DNA of 39,708 nt from a virus (lineage: Duplodnaviria > Heunggongvirae > Uroviricota > Caudoviricetes): IMG/VR virus record IMGVR_UViG_2909288124_000005, positions 1 to 39,708 of that record. The stretch is one strand, 5' to 3'. Positions 16,926-27,105 of the stretch are shown piece by piece. Within the stretch, counting starts at the first letter, position 1, and every line of letters begins with the position of its first letter. A model generated the notes under the pieces. That model did no database searches. It saw only the letters and a program-made list of their open reading frames with translations, and had not been told where the DNA came from. A program made the position numbers and the translations under genes.

Positions 16926-16947
16926 AACCGCCTCCGGGCGGTTTTTT
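16926..16947 (+). terminator. Intrinsic terminator
   Basis: CCGCC-TCCG-GGCGG hairpin followed by TTTTTT. Confidence 0.65.
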
Positions 16948-16998
16948 ATTGCCATTTCTATGGTCTGTTCCATCGTAATAACTTAAAGGGAAGCATTA

Positions 16999-17349
16999 AT
17001 GCCGCCACGAACCCCGAAAGCCTGCCGTGTTCGCGGCTGCCGCCATACCACTACTGACCCTTCAGGCTACTGCGAAAGCCACAAAAGCGAAGGCTGGAAG
17101 CAATACAAACCTGGACAATCCCGTCATCAGCGCGGCTACGGTTCGAAGTGGGACAGTATCCGCGCGCGTGTTCTGAAGCGTGACAAAGGCCTGTGTCAGT
17201 TATGTCTGCGTGCTGGTGTGGTGCGTGAGGCGAAAACTGTTGACCACATCATCCCTAAAGCGCATGGCGGCACTGATGCTGACAGTAATCTGCAGAGTCT
17301 GTGCTGGCCGTGTCATAAGGCGAAGACGGCCCGTGAACGGTTGAAGTGA
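16999..17349 (+). CDS. HNH endonuclease (packaging-associated)
   Basis: CxxC...H-N-H motifs (VDHIIPKAHGGTDADSNLQSLCWPCH); adjacent to terminase genes. Confidence 0.8.
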   Translation: MPPRTPKACRVRGCRHTTTDPSGYCESHKSEGWKQYKPGQSRHQRGYGSKWDSIRARVLKRDKGLCQLCLRAGVVREAKTVDHIIPKAHGGTDADSNLQSLCWPCHKAKTARERLK

Positions 17350-17375
17350 TAATAATTCTCAACTGCCTGAGGGGA

Positions 17376-17434
17376 GGGGCGGGTCAAATCCCTGCAACCC
17401 AGGCTGTCCGGGACTGCCCGCCCCATCGTTTTTT
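17376..17434 (+). terminator. Long GC hairpin plus T-run between HNH and terminase small subunit (terminator and/or cos-associated)
   Basis: GGGGCGGG (17376-17383) pairs with CCCGCCCC (17417-17424); followed by TCGTTTTTTTA. Confidence 0.4.
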
Positions 17435-17474
17435 TATACCCGCGAAAAATGAAATTTAACCAGGAGTGCCGCAT

Positions 17475-17969
17475 ATGGCTGGAACGGCGGGGCGTTCCGG
17501 GCGTCGCCCCAAGCCAACGGCGCGCAAGGCGCTGGCCGGAAACCCCGGCAAGCGAGCCCTGAATAAAGATGAACCTGTTTTTACGCCCATCAAAGGTGTT
17601 GAGCCACCGGAGTGGTTCGCTGAAGAAGATCTCCCTCTCGCCACGATCATGTGGCAACTGACAACCAAAGAACTCTGCGGTCAGGGCCTGCTGTGCGTGA
17701 CTGACCTCGCGGTGCTTGAGCGGTGGTGCGTGGCCTATGAGTTCTGGCGACGTGCCGTGAAAAATATTGCCAGCCAGGGCAACACCATTACCGGTGCAAT
17801 GGGCGGTATGGTCAAAAATCCGGAGCTGACCGCCAAGAAAGAACAGGAGTCCGAGATGAGCAGCACTGGGGCAATGCTCGGACTCGACCCCAGCAGCCGC
17901 CAGCGTCTGATTGGCCTGGCGGGGCAGAAGAAAGCCACTAACCCGTTTCTGAAAATCATCGAGTCATGA
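17475..17969 (+). CDS. Terminase small subunit (P27-like)
   Basis: ATG 17475 with AGGAG RBS; position upstream of large terminase; basic N-terminus. Confidence 0.6.
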   Translation: MAGTAGRSGRRPKPTARKALAGNPGKRALNKDEPVFTPIKGVEPPEWFAEEDLPLATIMWQLTTKELCGQGLLCVTDLAVLERWCVAYEFWRRAVKNIASQGNTITGAMGGMVKNPELTAKKEQESEMSSTGAMLGLDPSSRQRLIGLAGQKKATNPFLKIIES

Positions 17970-19699
17970 GCCGGAAATCTTACCCCAACGTAAATGCTGC
18001 CAATCAGTATGCCCGGGATGTCGTGCGCGGAAAGATTGTTGCCTGCCAGTTTGTGATTCAGGCCTGCCAGCGCCATCTTGATGACCTGATGGCGGAAAAA
18101 AGTAAGTCGTTTCGTTACCGCTTCGACAAGGACCTGGCTGAACGGGCCGCGAAATTTATTCAGCTGTTGCCGCACACCAAGGGTGAGTGGGCATTCAAAC
18201 GGATGCCCATCACGCTGGAGCCGTGGCAGCTATTTGTGATCTGCTGTGCGTTTGGCTGGGTCAATAAAGGCACCCGGTTGCGCCGCTTCCGGGAGGTGTA
18301 TACCGAAATCCCCCGTAAGAACGGCAAATCAGCAATCTCTGCCGGTGTTGCCCTGTATTGTTTTGCCTGTGATAACGAGTTTGGCGCGGAAGTGTATTCC
18401 GGTGCCACGACAGAGAAACAGGCGTGGGAAGTCTTTCGCCCGGCGCGACTGATGTGTAAACGCACACCCATGCTGACGGAAGCGTTCGGGATTGAGGTTA
18501 ACGCCTCAAACATGAACCGTCCGGAGGATGGCGCGCGGTTTGAACCGCTGATCGGCAACCCCGGTGATGGTTCATCACCCCACTGTGCCGTGGTTGATGA
18601 ATATCACGAGCATGCCACCGATGCGCTTTATACCACAATGCTTACCGGGATGGGGGCGCGACGTCAGCCACTGATGTGGGCCATCACCACCGCCGGGTAC
18701 AACATTGAGGGGCCGTGCTACGACAAGCGGCGGGAAGTCATCGAGATGCTCAACGGCTCGGTGCCTAACGATGAACTGTTCGGGATCATCTATACCGTTG
18801 ATGAAGGTGACGACTGGACCGACCCGCAGGTGCTGGAAAAAGCCAATCCAAATATTGGCGTGTCGGTTTATCGCGAATTTTTGTTAAGTCAGCAGCAGCG
18901 TGCGAAAAATAACGCCCGTCTGGCAAACGTCTTTAAAACAAAACACCTCAATATCTGGGTGTCGGCACGTTCGGCGTATTTCAACCTGGTGAGCTGGCAG
19001 AGCTGCGAGGATAAATCACTGACCCTTGAGCAGTTCGAGGGGCAGCCGTGCATTCTGGCCTTTGACCTGGCGCGTAAGCTGGATATGAACAGCATGGCGC
19101 GACTTTATACCCGCGAGATTGACGGTAAAACGCATTACTACAGTGTGGCCCCGCGCTTCTGGGTACCGTATGACACGGTGTACAGCGTCGAGAAAAATGA
19201 AGATAGACGGACAGCCGAACGCTTTCAGAAATGGGTGGAAATGGGCGTCCTGACCGTTACCGATGGTGCAGAGGTGGATTATCGCTACATCCTCGAAGAG
19301 GCCAAAGCGGCGAACAAAATCAGCCCGGTCAGTGAGTCACCCATCGACCCCTTCGGGGCGACCGGGCTGTCACATGACCTTGCTGATGAAGATCTGAATC
19401 CCGTCACTATCGTCCAGAACTTCGCCAATATGTCCGATCCGATGAAAGAGCTGGAAGCAGCGATTGAATCGGGACGCTTTCATCATGACGGCAATCCCAT
19501 CATGACCTGGTGTATCGGCAATGTGGTCGGCAAAAACATGCCAGGTAACGATGATTTAGTGAAGCCCGTCAAGGAGCAGGCGGAAAACAAAATCGATGGT
19601 GCGGTTGCACTGATTATGACGATCGGTCGGGCAATGCTCAAAGAACCTGACGATTTCCTCTCATCTCTTGATCCGGACGATGATCTCTTAATTCTATGA
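17966..19699 (+). CDS. Terminase large subunit
   Basis: 577 aa, ATPase plus nuclease architecture, between small terminase and portal. Confidence 0.9.
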   Translation: MSRKSYPNVNAANQYARDVVRGKIVACQFVIQACQRHLDDLMAEKSKSFRYRFDKDLAERAAKFIQLLPHTKGEWAFKRMPITLEPWQLFVICCAFGWVNKGTRLRRFREVYTEIPRKNGKSAISAGVALYCFACDNEFGAEVYSGATTEKQAWEVFRPARLMCKRTPMLTEAFGIEVNASNMNRPEDGARFEPLIGNPGDGSSPHCAVVDEYHEHATDALYTTMLTGMGARRQPLMWAITTAGYNIEGPCYDKRREVIEMLNGSVPNDELFGIIYTVDEGDDWTDPQVLEKANPNIGVSVYREFLLSQQQRAKNNARLANVFKTKHLNIWVSARSAYFNLVSWQSCEDKSLTLEQFEGQPCILAFDLARKLDMNSMARLYTREIDGKTHYYSVAPRFWVPYDTVYSVEKNEDRRTAERFQKWVEMGVLTVTDGAEVDYRYILEEAKAANKISPVSESPIDPFGATGLSHDLADEDLNPVTIVQNFANMSDPMKELEAAIESGRFHHDGNPIMTWCIGNVVGKNMPGNDDLVKPVKEQAENKIDGAVALIMTIGRAMLKEPDDFLSSLDPDDDLLIL

Positions 19700-19857
19700 A
19701 ATCACTAATTGCTGATGTTATCGGGCTGGCTGGTTTTGGCCTGCTTACGTGCGGGGTTTACCTGCAGTTTGGTATGGCTCCGGCTCTGATTTTGTCCGGT
19801 GCTTTACTGCTGGTGGGCGCACTGGCTATGGTCAGAAGGGGGACGCGTGCTGCTTGA
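19696..19857 (+). CDS. Small hydrophobic protein (53 aa), absent from ORF track
   Basis: ATG 19696 overlaps terminase stop; two predicted hydrophobic helices; ends overlapping proposed portal start. Confidence 0.3.
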   Translation: MKSLIADVIGLAGFGLLTCGVYLQFGMAPALILSGALLLVGALAMVRRGTRAA

Positions 19858-21073
19858 TGCTCTGTTCAGAAGTAAATCACTGGAGAATCCTTCCACCCCG
19901 ATAACCGGGGATGCCGTTGATACTGATGGGCTGTTCCGGGCAGACGTTTATGTCAGTCCTGAGACTGCGATGAAACTGGCTGCGGTGTATTCCTGTATCT
20001 ATGTCCTGTCTTCCAGCCTTGCCCAGATGCCATTGCATGTTATGCGCAGGCACAATGGGAAGGTTGAGCCCGCACGCGATCATCCGGCGTTTTATCTGGT
20101 TCATGATGAGCCCAATACCTGGCAAACCAGTTACAAATGGCGCGAACTGAAGCAACGTCACATCCTTGGCTGGGGGAATGGGTATACCTGGGTGAAACGT
20201 AATCGTCGCGGTGAAGTCATATCCCTGGATTGCTGTATGCCGTGGGAAACGACGCTTATGAATACTGGTGGCCGATACACCTACGGTTTGTACAACGAAT
20301 ATGGGGCGTTTGCGATCAGCCCCGACGATATGATCCACATCCGAGCGCTGGGTAATAATCAGAAGATGGGGCTGAGTCCGATTATGCAACATGCCGAAAC
20401 AATAGGCATGGGGATGAGCGGTCAGAAATACACAGAAAGCTTCTTCAGCGGTAATGCCCGTCCGGCGGGGATAGTATCCGTTAAAAGCGGACTCAATAAG
20501 GAAAGCTGGGGCTGGCTTAAAGATCAGTGGCAGAAGGCATCGCAGGCGTTACGCCGCCAGGAAAACAAAACCATGCTGCTGCCAGCCGATCTGGATTACA
20601 AGGCACTGACTGTGTCGCCAGTTGACGCTCAGATCATTGACATGATGAAGCTGAACCGTTCAATGATCGCCGGTATTTTCAATATTCCTGCGCACATGAT
20701 TAATGACCTCGAAAAAGCCACCTTCTCCAATATTTCTGCGCAGGCGATTCAGTTTGTCCGCTACACGATGATGCCGTGGGTGACGAACTGGGAGCAGGAG
20801 CTTAACCGTCGCTTGTTTACCCGCGCTGAGTTAGCCGCCGGGTATTACGTCAGGTTCAATCTGACGGGGCTTTTACGCGGAACTCCGCAGGAGCGCGCGC
20901 AATTCTATCACTTCGCTATTACCGATGGATGGATGAGCCGTAATGAGGCCCGCGCATTTGAGGATATGAATCCGGTTGAAGGGCTGGACGAGATGCTGGT
21001 AAGCGTGAATGCTGCTAACCCGGCAGGAGATTTTAAGCCCCCAAAAAACGATGAGGGAAAAACCAATGAATGA
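19847..21073 (+). CDS. Portal protein (HK97-like)
   Basis: Gene order and size; start placed at GTG 19847 after AGGGGG, not the track's 19799. Confidence 0.85.
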   Translation: MLLDALFRSKSLENPSTPITGDAVDTDGLFRADVYVSPETAMKLAAVYSCIYVLSSSLAQMPLHVMRRHNGKVEPARDHPAFYLVHDEPNTWQTSYKWRELKQRHILGWGNGYTWVKRNRRGEVISLDCCMPWETTLMNTGGRYTYGLYNEYGAFAISPDDMIHIRALGNNQKMGLSPIMQHAETIGMGMSGQKYTESFFSGNARPAGIVSVKSGLNKESWGWLKDQWQKASQALRRQENKTMLLPADLDYKALTVSPVDAQIIDMMKLNRSMIAGIFNIPAHMINDLEKATFSNISAQAIQFVRYTMMPWVTNWEQELNRRLFTRAELAAGYYVRFNLTGLLRGTPQERAQFYHFAITDGWMSRNEARAFEDMNPVEGLDEMLVSVNAANPAGDFKPPKNDEGKTNE

Positions 21074-21668
21074 CCGTGAAATCCGTTGTTACAGCGGTGA
21101 GGTGCGTGCTGAGCGGCATGACGATAACCCGGCGCACATTATCGGTTATGGATCGGTGTTTGACTGTCGTTCTGAGCTGATATTCGGTTCATTCCGCGAA
21201 ATCATCCGGCCCGGCGCTTTTGACAATGTGCTTGGTGATGATGTACGCGCACTGTTTAACCACGATCCTAATTTTATTCTTGGGCGTAGTGCAGCAGGCA
21301 CGCTGAATCTTTCAGTTGATGAGCGCGGATTACGCTATGACATCCAGGCTCCGGAGACACAGACCATTCGTGATCTGGTGCTGGCCCCGATGCAACGTGG
21401 AGATATTAACCAGTCATCTTTCGCTTTCCGTGTCGCCCGTGACGGTGAGGAGTGGTATCAGGATGAGGACGGGGTTGTTATTCGCGAGATAACCCGCTTT
21501 TCCCGTCTGCTGGATGTCAGTCCTGTGACATATCCTGCCTATCAGGAGGCTGACTCGGCTGTTCGCTCCATGAAAGCATGGCAGGAGGCGCGCAACAGCG
21601 GCGCGCTACAGAAAGCCATTAATCAACGTATGGCGCGTGAACGCGTCCTGACCCTTCTTAACGCGTAA
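21066..21668 (+). CDS. Prohead protease (HK97 family)
   Basis: ATG 21066 with GAGGGAAAA RBS; position between portal and capsid. Confidence 0.8.
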   Translation: MNDREIRCYSGEVRAERHDDNPAHIIGYGSVFDCRSELIFGSFREIIRPGAFDNVLGDDVRALFNHDPNFILGRSAAGTLNLSVDERGLRYDIQAPETQTIRDLVLAPMQRGDINQSSFAFRVARDGEEWYQDEDGVVIREITRFSRLLDVSPVTYPAYQEADSAVRSMKAWQEARNSGALQKAINQRMARERVLTLLNA

Positions 21669-21678
21669 AGGAAACATC

Positions 21679-22908
21679 ATGAAACTGCATGAACTGAAAC
21701 AGAAACGTAATACTATCGCAACTGACATGCGCGCCCTGAATGAAAAAATTGGTGATAACGCATGGACGGAAGAGCAGCGCACTGAGTGGAACAAAGCAAA
21801 ATCCGAACTGGAAGCGCTTGATGAACGAATTGCACGCGAAGAAGAACTGCGTCGTCAGGATCAGGCGTACATTGAAAGCAATGAGGAAGAGCAGCGTCAG
21901 AATCTTGATCCGGAAAACAATTCGCAACAGGATGAGAAACGAGCTCAGGTTTTTGATAAGTGGATGCGTCACGGTGCCAGTGAGCTGACATCAGAAGAGC
22001 GAAAGGCGTTGCGTGAACTTCGTGCCCAGGGTGTAGCTCAGGATGAAAAGGGCGGATATACCGTACCAGAAACATTCCTGGCGAAAGTTGTTGAGAAGAT
22101 GAAATCCTACGGTGGCATCGCCAGTGTGGCGCAGATTCTGACCACTTCTGACGGTCGCACCATGGAGTGGGCAACAGCTGATGGTACATCCGAAGTTGGT
22201 GTTCTGCTGGGCGAAAATGAAGAAGCCGGTGAAGAAGACACCGATTTCGGTATGGGAAGTCTTGGGGCGCTCAAAATGACATCGAAAATCATTCGTGTGT
22301 CTAATGAGTTGCTGCAGGACAGCGCGATCGATATGGAAGCTTATCTTGCCCGTCGCATTGCTGAACGTATTGGTCGTGGTGAAGCCCGTTATCTGATTCA
22401 GGGGACGGGGGCTGGTACGCCTAAACAACCCAAAGGGCTGGCAGCATCAGTGACCGGCACAACACAGACTGCCGTGGCAAATGCGGTGAAGTGGCAGGAA
22501 ATTCTGGCTCTGAAACACAGCATTGATCCTGCATATCGTCGCGGACCGAAATTCCGCCTGGCGTTTAACGATAATACGCTGAAACTGATCAGTGAGATGG
22601 AAGATGGTCAGGGACGCCCTTTATGGTTGCCGGATATTGTTGGTGTGGCACCTGCTTCAGTGTTGAATGTACCGTATGTCATTGATCAGGAAATTGATGA
22701 TATCGGGGCGGGTAAAAAATTCATGTTCTGTGGTGACTTTGATCGCTTCATTATCCGTCGTGTGCGATACATGATTCTTAAACGTCTGGTTGAGCGTTAC
22801 GCAGAATATGATCAGACCGGTTTTCTGGCCTTCCATCGTTTTGACTGTATCCTGGAAGACACCTCTGCCATTAAAGCGCTGGTGGGGAAAGGTAGCGTTG
22901 GTGGTTGA
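21679..22908 (+). CDS. Major capsid protein (HK97 fold)
   Basis: 409 aa with coiled-coil delta-like N-terminus typical of HK97-type capsid precursors. Confidence 0.9.
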   Translation: MKLHELKQKRNTIATDMRALNEKIGDNAWTEEQRTEWNKAKSELEALDERIAREEELRRQDQAYIESNEEEQRQNLDPENNSQQDEKRAQVFDKWMRHGASELTSEERKALRELRAQGVAQDEKGGYTVPETFLAKVVEKMKSYGGIASVAQILTTSDGRTMEWATADGTSEVGVLLGENEEAGEEDTDFGMGSLGALKMTSKIIRVSNELLQDSAIDMEAYLARRIAERIGRGEARYLIQGTGAGTPKQPKGLAASVTGTTQTAVANAVKWQEILALKHSIDPAYRRGPKFRLAFNDNTLKLISEMEDGQGRPLWLPDIVGVAPASVLNVPYVIDQEIDDIGAGKKFMFCGDFDRFIIRRVRYMILKRLVERYAEYDQTGFLAFHRFDCILEDTSAIKALVGKGSVGG

Positions 22909-22934
22909 TTAGTCTTTTTACGTAATACAGCACG

Positions 22935-22976
22935 CCGCGTAATGCGGTTTTTTTGTGCCCGCGTTCTGGCGGGCAC
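22935..22976 (+). terminator. Tandem hairpins downstream of capsid gene (attenuator/terminator)
   Basis: CCGC-GTAAT-GCGG followed by T7, then GTGCCCGC-GTTCTG-GCGGGCAC perfect 8-bp stem. Confidence 0.45.
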
Positions 22977-22986
22977 AGGAGGTTTT

Positions 22987-23310
22987 ATGCTGTTAAAAAT
23001 GGAAGAGATTAAGCTTCAGCTTCGTCTGGATGATGATTTCTCTGATGAAGATGAGTTGCTTGAACTGCTTGGGAAGGCCGCTCAGAGTCGGACGGAAAAC
23101 TTCCTTAACCGTACGTTGTATGCAACCGCAGATGACAGGCCTGCGGATGATCCTGATGGGCTTGTGATATCTGATGATGTGAAGCTGGCGCTCCTGCTAC
23201 TTGTCAGCCATTTCTACGAAAACCGCTCAACGGTTACAGACGTTGAGAAAATGGAGTTGCCAATGAGCTTTAACTGGTTGGTTGCTCCTTATCGCCTTAT
23301 ACCACTATGA
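22987..23310 (+). CDS. Head-tail connector (gp6-like)
   Basis: ATG 22987 with GGAGG RBS; position after capsid. Confidence 0.5.
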   Translation: MLLKMEEIKLQLRLDDDFSDEDELLELLGKAAQSRTENFLNRTLYATADDRPADDPDGLVISDDVKLALLLLVSHFYENRSTVTDVEKMELPMSFNWLVAPYRLIPL

Positions 23311-23717
23311 AAATTCGTCAGGCGCAGACCAGCGCAACCTACATTCTGCCTGACCCAGGCGAGCTGAATAAACGCGTCCTGATCCGCCAGCGGGTGGATA
23401 TGCCCGCGGATAACTTTGGCGTGGAGCCTCAATACCCGGTTGCGTTCCGGGCATGGGCGAAGGTTATCCAGACCAGTGCCACCACCTGGCAGGAAACCGC
23501 GCAGATCGGAGACGCCATCACCCATTACATCACCATTCGCTACCGCCGGGGGATCACTGTTGATTATGAGGTGGTCTGTGATGACAGTGTGTACCGGGTG
23601 AAACGTCAGCGTGATCTGAACGGGGCGCGGCGCTTTCTGCTGCTGGAGTGTACGGAACTGGGTGCCGAAGAACAAATGGGAGGACGCAGTGGAGCAGACA
23701 GCATTTTTACACGTTGA
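23307..23717 (+). CDS. Head closure / head-tail adaptor protein
   Basis: Gene order and size. Confidence 0.45.
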   Translation: MKIRQAQTSATYILPDPGELNKRVLIRQRVDMPADNFGVEPQYPVAFRAWAKVIQTSATTWQETAQIGDAITHYITIRYRRGITVDYEVVCDDSVYRVKRQRDLNGARRFLLLECTELGAEEQMGGRSGADSIFTR

Positions 23718-24213
23718 TTTCAAACAACCGGAGGAGATGGAGTTTAATCGTGCCAGGCTCCGAAGGGCATTTGTTCAAATCGGGCGTGTCTATATGCGTG
23801 ATGCCCGGCGGCTGGTGATGCGACGTGGTCGGTCTGCTCCAGGTGAAAACCCCGGCTATCAGACCGGACGACTTGCGCGTTCTATAGGTTATTACGTCCC
23901 CCGTAAAAGCTCCCGTCGTTCTGGCCTGATGGTCAGGATTTCCCCTAACCAGAAAAACGGGCAGGGTAACCGGCGTTTTCCTGAAGGTTCTGCGTATTAT
24001 CCGGCGTTTCTGTATTACGGTGTGCGTCATGCCGCATACGGGATGAGCAAAAAGGATAAGCGCCAGAAAAAGCAGCATTCATCCCGCTGGCGGCTGGCAC
24101 CACGTAATAACTTTATGGCTGATGTCATCGACCAGCGTCGTTACTGGACACAAAAGTTACTGTCCCGTGAGTTACAGCGGTCATTACGTCCTGTAAGAAG
24201 GAAAAAAACATGA
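23662..24213 (+). CDS. Arg-rich neck/tail-completion protein (HK97 gp10-like)
   Basis: Position between head and tail modules; GTG start per ORF track. Confidence 0.4.
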   Translation: MPKNKWEDAVEQTAFLHVDFKQPEEMEFNRARLRRAFVQIGRVYMRDARRLVMRRGRSAPGENPGYQTGRLARSIGYYVPRKSSRRSGLMVRISPNQKNGQGNRRFPEGSAYYPAFLYYGVRHAAYGMSKKDKRQKKQHSSRWRLAPRNNFMADVIDQRRYWTQKLLSRELQRSLRPVRRKKT

Positions 24214-24770
24214 AACTGACGCCTGTTATTGCTGCACTGCGTGCCCGCTGTCCGTATTTTGAAAACCGGGTTGCAGGCGCGGCCCAGTTCAAAAATCTGC
24301 CGGAGGTCGGAAAGCTGAAACTCCCGGCGGCATATGTGGTACCGGGGGATGACTCTCCGGGAGAAAACAAAAGCCAGACCGACTACTGGCAGGAGCTGAA
24401 AGAGGGCTTCTCCGTGGTTGTCATACTGAGTAACGGGCGTGATGAGCGCGGTCAGTTTGCTTCGTATGATGTGGTGGACGATGTCCGGCAGATGCTCTTT
24501 AAGGCCCTGCTGGGCTGGAACCCGGAAGCGTGCGGTAACCCGATTACCTATGACGGCGGCACGCTGCTGGATCTGAATCGTCATGAGCTGATTTATCAGT
24601 TCGATTTTTCGGTCATCAGCGAGCTGACCGAAGACGATACCCGCCAGCAGGATGAGCTGAACAGTCTGGATGAACTGCGAACGCTGGCGATTGATGTTGA
24701 TTATCTCGATCCCGGTAACGGGCCTGACGGCGATATCGAACATCACACCGAAATAACCCTTCCTTCCTGA
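24210..24770 (+). CDS. Tail terminator/neck protein of Mu-like tail module
   Basis: Position immediately upstream of sheath gene. Confidence 0.35.
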   Translation: MKLTPVIAALRARCPYFENRVAGAAQFKNLPEVGKLKLPAAYVVPGDDSPGENKSQTDYWQELKEGFSVVVILSNGRDERGQFASYDVVDDVRQMLFKALLGWNPEACGNPITYDGGTLLDLNRHELIYQFDFSVISELTEDDTRQQDELNSLDELRTLAIDVDYLDPGNGPDGDIEHHTEITLPS

Positions 24771-24778
24771 GAATCTTC

Positions 24779-24949
24779 ATGTTTGTGAAACCTGTTAAAG
24801 GGCGGTCAGTGCCTGACCCTGCCCGCGGTGACCTTTTGCCCACCGAAGGGCGAAATGTTGACGAGAACAACTACTGGCTGCGCCGTGAAGCAGCGGGTGA
24901 TATCCGGCGCGTTAATAAAAAGGTGAACACCGATGACGATAAGCTTTAA
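24779..24949 (+). CDS. Small protein (56 aa, DUF2635-like position), absent from ORF track
   Basis: ATG 24779 to TAA 24947-24949, overlapping sheath start; weak RBS. Confidence 0.3.
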   Translation: MFVKPVKGRSVPDPARGDLLPTEGRNVDENNYWLRREAAGDIRRVNKKVNTDDDKL

Positions 24950-26429
24950 CACCATTCCGTCGAATACGCTGGTTCCGCTGTTTTATGCGGAAATGGATAA
25001 CTCGGCGGCGAATACTGCACAGGACAGCGGGGCATCGTTGCTGATTGGTCACGCCAATAACGGTGCAGAGATTGTTGCCAACAGTCTGGTGCTGATGCCG
25101 TCGGCAGACTATGCACGCCAGATTTGTGGTGCGGGAAGTCAGCTGGCGCGTATGGTCGAGGCTTATCGCCAGACCGACCCGTTTGGCGAGCTGTATGTGA
25201 TTGCCGTTCCGGAAGCCACAGGCGCGGCGGCAACGGTTACGCTGACGGTGACCGGGGCGGCAACCGAAACCGGCACGGTGAATGTTTATGTGGGACGTAC
25301 CCGCGTGCAGGCACCGGTGACCAACGGCGATAACGTCGCGACGATTGCCAGCAGTATCCAGGATGCCATCAATGCCGTTCCGGCCCTGCCGTTTACGGCC
25401 TCATCTTCGGCAGGCGTGGTCACGCTGACCGCGCGTCATAAGGGGCTTTGCGGGAATGAAATTCCTGTCAGCCTCAATTACTACGGCTTTGGTGGGGGCG
25501 AAGTGCTGCCAGCGGGCGTACAGATTGCTGTGGCGACGGGTACCGCCGGAGCGGGCGCTCCTGTTCTCACCGGTGCGGTGGCTGCAATGGCGGATGAGCC
25601 GTTTGATTATATCGGTCTGCCGTTCAACGACACGGCCTCCGTTAACACGCTGGTGACCGAGATGAACGATACCAGCGGTCGCTGGAGCTATGCGCGTCAG
25701 CTGTATGGTCATGTGTATACGGCAAAGACCGGCACGCTGTCAGAACTGGTGACCGCAGGTGACCAGTTTAACCAGCAGCACATTACCCTGGCGGGGTACG
25801 AAAAAGAAACCCAGACACCTGCCGACGAGCTGGCGGCAAGCCGTACCGCCCGCGCAGCGGTGTTTATCCGCAACGATCCGGCACGTCCCACGCAGACCGG
25901 TGAGCTGGTGGGTATGCTGCCTGCGCCGAAGGGGAAACGGTTCACGATGACCGAGCAGCAGACCCTGCTGTCTCATGGCGTGGCAACGGCGTATGTCGAA
26001 AGCGGGGTGCTGCGCATTCAGCGTGATGTCACCACGTACAGGAAAAATGCTTACGGGGTTGCGGATAACAGCTACCTCGACAGCGAGACGCTGCATACCA
26101 GTGCGTATGTACTGCGCAAACTGAAATCCGTCATTACCAGTAAGTACGGGCGTCACAAGCTTGCCAGCGACGGTACCCGCTTTGGTCCCGGTCAGGCGAT
26201 TGTCACCCCGGCGGTGATCAAAGGGGAACTGCTGGCAACCTACCGTCAGCTTGAGCGTGCGGGGATCGTGGAAAACTACGAACTGTTTAAGCAGTACCTG
26301 GTTGTGGAGCGTGATACCAGCGATCCGAACCGCCTGAACACGCTGTTCCCGCCTGACTATGTTAACCAGTTGCGTGTCTTTGCCGTGGTTAACCAGTTCC
26401 GTCTTCAGTATTCAGAGGAGTCTGCATAA
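24933..26429 (+). CDS. Tail sheath protein
   Basis: 498 aa, followed by tube and chaperone genes (Mu-like order). Confidence 0.85.
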   Translation: MTISFNTIPSNTLVPLFYAEMDNSAANTAQDSGASLLIGHANNGAEIVANSLVLMPSADYARQICGAGSQLARMVEAYRQTDPFGELYVIAVPEATGAAATVTLTVTGAATETGTVNVYVGRTRVQAPVTNGDNVATIASSIQDAINAVPALPFTASSSAGVVTLTARHKGLCGNEIPVSLNYYGFGGGEVLPAGVQIAVATGTAGAGAPVLTGAVAAMADEPFDYIGLPFNDTASVNTLVTEMNDTSGRWSYARQLYGHVYTAKTGTLSELVTAGDQFNQQHITLAGYEKETQTPADELAASRTARAAVFIRNDPARPTQTGELVGMLPAPKGKRFTMTEQQTLLSHGVATAYVESGVLRIQRDVTTYRKNAYGVADNSYLDSETLHTSAYVLRKLKSVITSKYGRHKLASDGTRFGPGQAIVTPAVIKGELLATYRQLERAGIVENYELFKQYLVVERDTSDPNRLNTLFPPDYVNQLRVFAVVNQFRLQYSEESA

Positions 26430-26785
26430 TGGCCCGTATCGGGGGAACCTGTTATTTCAAAATTGACGGTCAACAGCTATCGCTGACCGGCGGCATTGAG
26501 GTGCCCATGAACAGGACGGTCAATGATGACATCATCGGCCTGGACGGTTCAGTGGACCGCAAGGAAACTCACCGTGCGCCTTATGTCAAAGGGACTTTCA
26601 AGGTGCCGAAGAATTTTCCGGTGAACAAAATCACCTCGTCTGATGAGATGACCATCACTGCCGAGCTGGCGAACGGTCAGGTCTATGTATTGTCGTCTGC
26701 CTGGCTGCACGGCGAAGCGAACCATAATGCCGAAGAAGGCACGGTTGATCTTGAGTTCCACGGTGAAGAAGGGGATTACCAGTGA
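26429..26785 (+). CDS. Tail tube protein
   Basis: 118 aa immediately after sheath. Confidence 0.7.
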   Translation: MARIGGTCYFKIDGQQLSLTGGIEVPMNRTVNDDIIGLDGSVDRKETHRAPYVKGTFKVPKNFPVNKITSSDEMTITAELANGQVYVLSSAWLHGEANHNAEEGTVDLEFHGEEGDYQ

Positions 26786-27105
26786 TTGAGCTTGTACTTA
26801 AAAAACCGATCATCGCCCACAAAGAAACACTGCATGTGCTGGAAATACGTGAGCCTACGTATGACGAGATTGAGGCGCTGGGGTTCCCTTTCTCTGTTTC
26901 GCCTGATGGTGGTATGAAAATGGACAGTCAGGTGGCGCTGAAATATATCCCGCTTCTGGCCGGGATCCCGCGCTCGTCTGCAGCGCAGATGACGAAGCTG
27001 GATATTTTCAAGGCAGGCATGATTGTAATGCGTTTTTTTACCGGCTTGGAGACGGAAGAGAGCTCCGGAAGCGATTCTACAATGTCGCGTGGTTCTGGAA
27101 ATTAA
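26782..27105 (+). CDS. Tail assembly chaperone
   Basis: Small acidic protein between tube and tape measure. Confidence 0.45.
   Translation: MIELVLKKPIIAHKETLHVLEIREPTYDEIEALGFPFSVSPDGGMKMDSQVALKYIPLLAGIPRSSAAQMTKLDIFKAGMIVMRFFTGLETEESSGSDSTMSRGSGN

Noticed and set aside
19799-19846. ORF-track portal start at 19799
   Set aside because: It gives a Trp/Cys-rich N-terminus read through the small hydrophobic ORF; GTG 19847 after AGGGGG is more plausible.
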